Assembly (NCBI GenBank): GCA_951406725.2 | Contig: OX597830.1 | Span: 58,466,001-58,530,000 of the forward strand | Length of the DNA stretch: 64,000 bases | Direction: 5' to 3' | Source: Octopus vulgaris | Taxonomy: Eukaryota | In this document: piece after piece, positions 63,991 to 64,000 of the stretch | How positions within the stretch are numbered: position 1 is the first letter of the stretch | Layout: each line of letters starts with the position of its first letter | Translations under genes and position numbers: made by a program | The notes under the pieces: model-generated | Told to the model about the DNA's origin: nothing | The model's database searches: none | The model's input: the letters and a program-made list of their open reading frames with translations, nothing else

Positions 63991-64000
63991 TATGTATGAA

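Overview
AT-rich, repeat-dense animal genomic DNA, most likely an octopus (inferred from the tRNA-derived SINE families and the density of (TA)n/(CA)n tracts). Nearly all ORFs in the supplied track are spurious. Two real genes are visible. (1) CLASP (CLIP-associating protein) lies on the minus strand, with its start exon at 48275-48451, a 47-kb intron, and a 79-nt second coding exon at 1108-1186. (2) A probable first coding exon of a TEN1-like (CST complex) gene lies on the plus strand at 61600-61745 and is missing from the ORF track. The two are divergent. The CpG-rich region next to the CLASP start carries two identical CArG-box 17-mers, each preceded by a CRE half-site. The rest is SINEs, MITEs (mariner, hAT, piggyBac-like) and LINE relics. 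The most unusual signal is a recurring set of small, often fold-back elements sitting in or beside microsatellites. They carry Penelope-type minimal hammerhead ribozyme cores (CUGANGA-stem II-GAAA-palindromic stem III-UH). One has a tRNA-like Pol III B-box upstream, and one follows a decayed GIY-YIG endonuclease frame. All alignments and folds were done by eye; nothing was computed.
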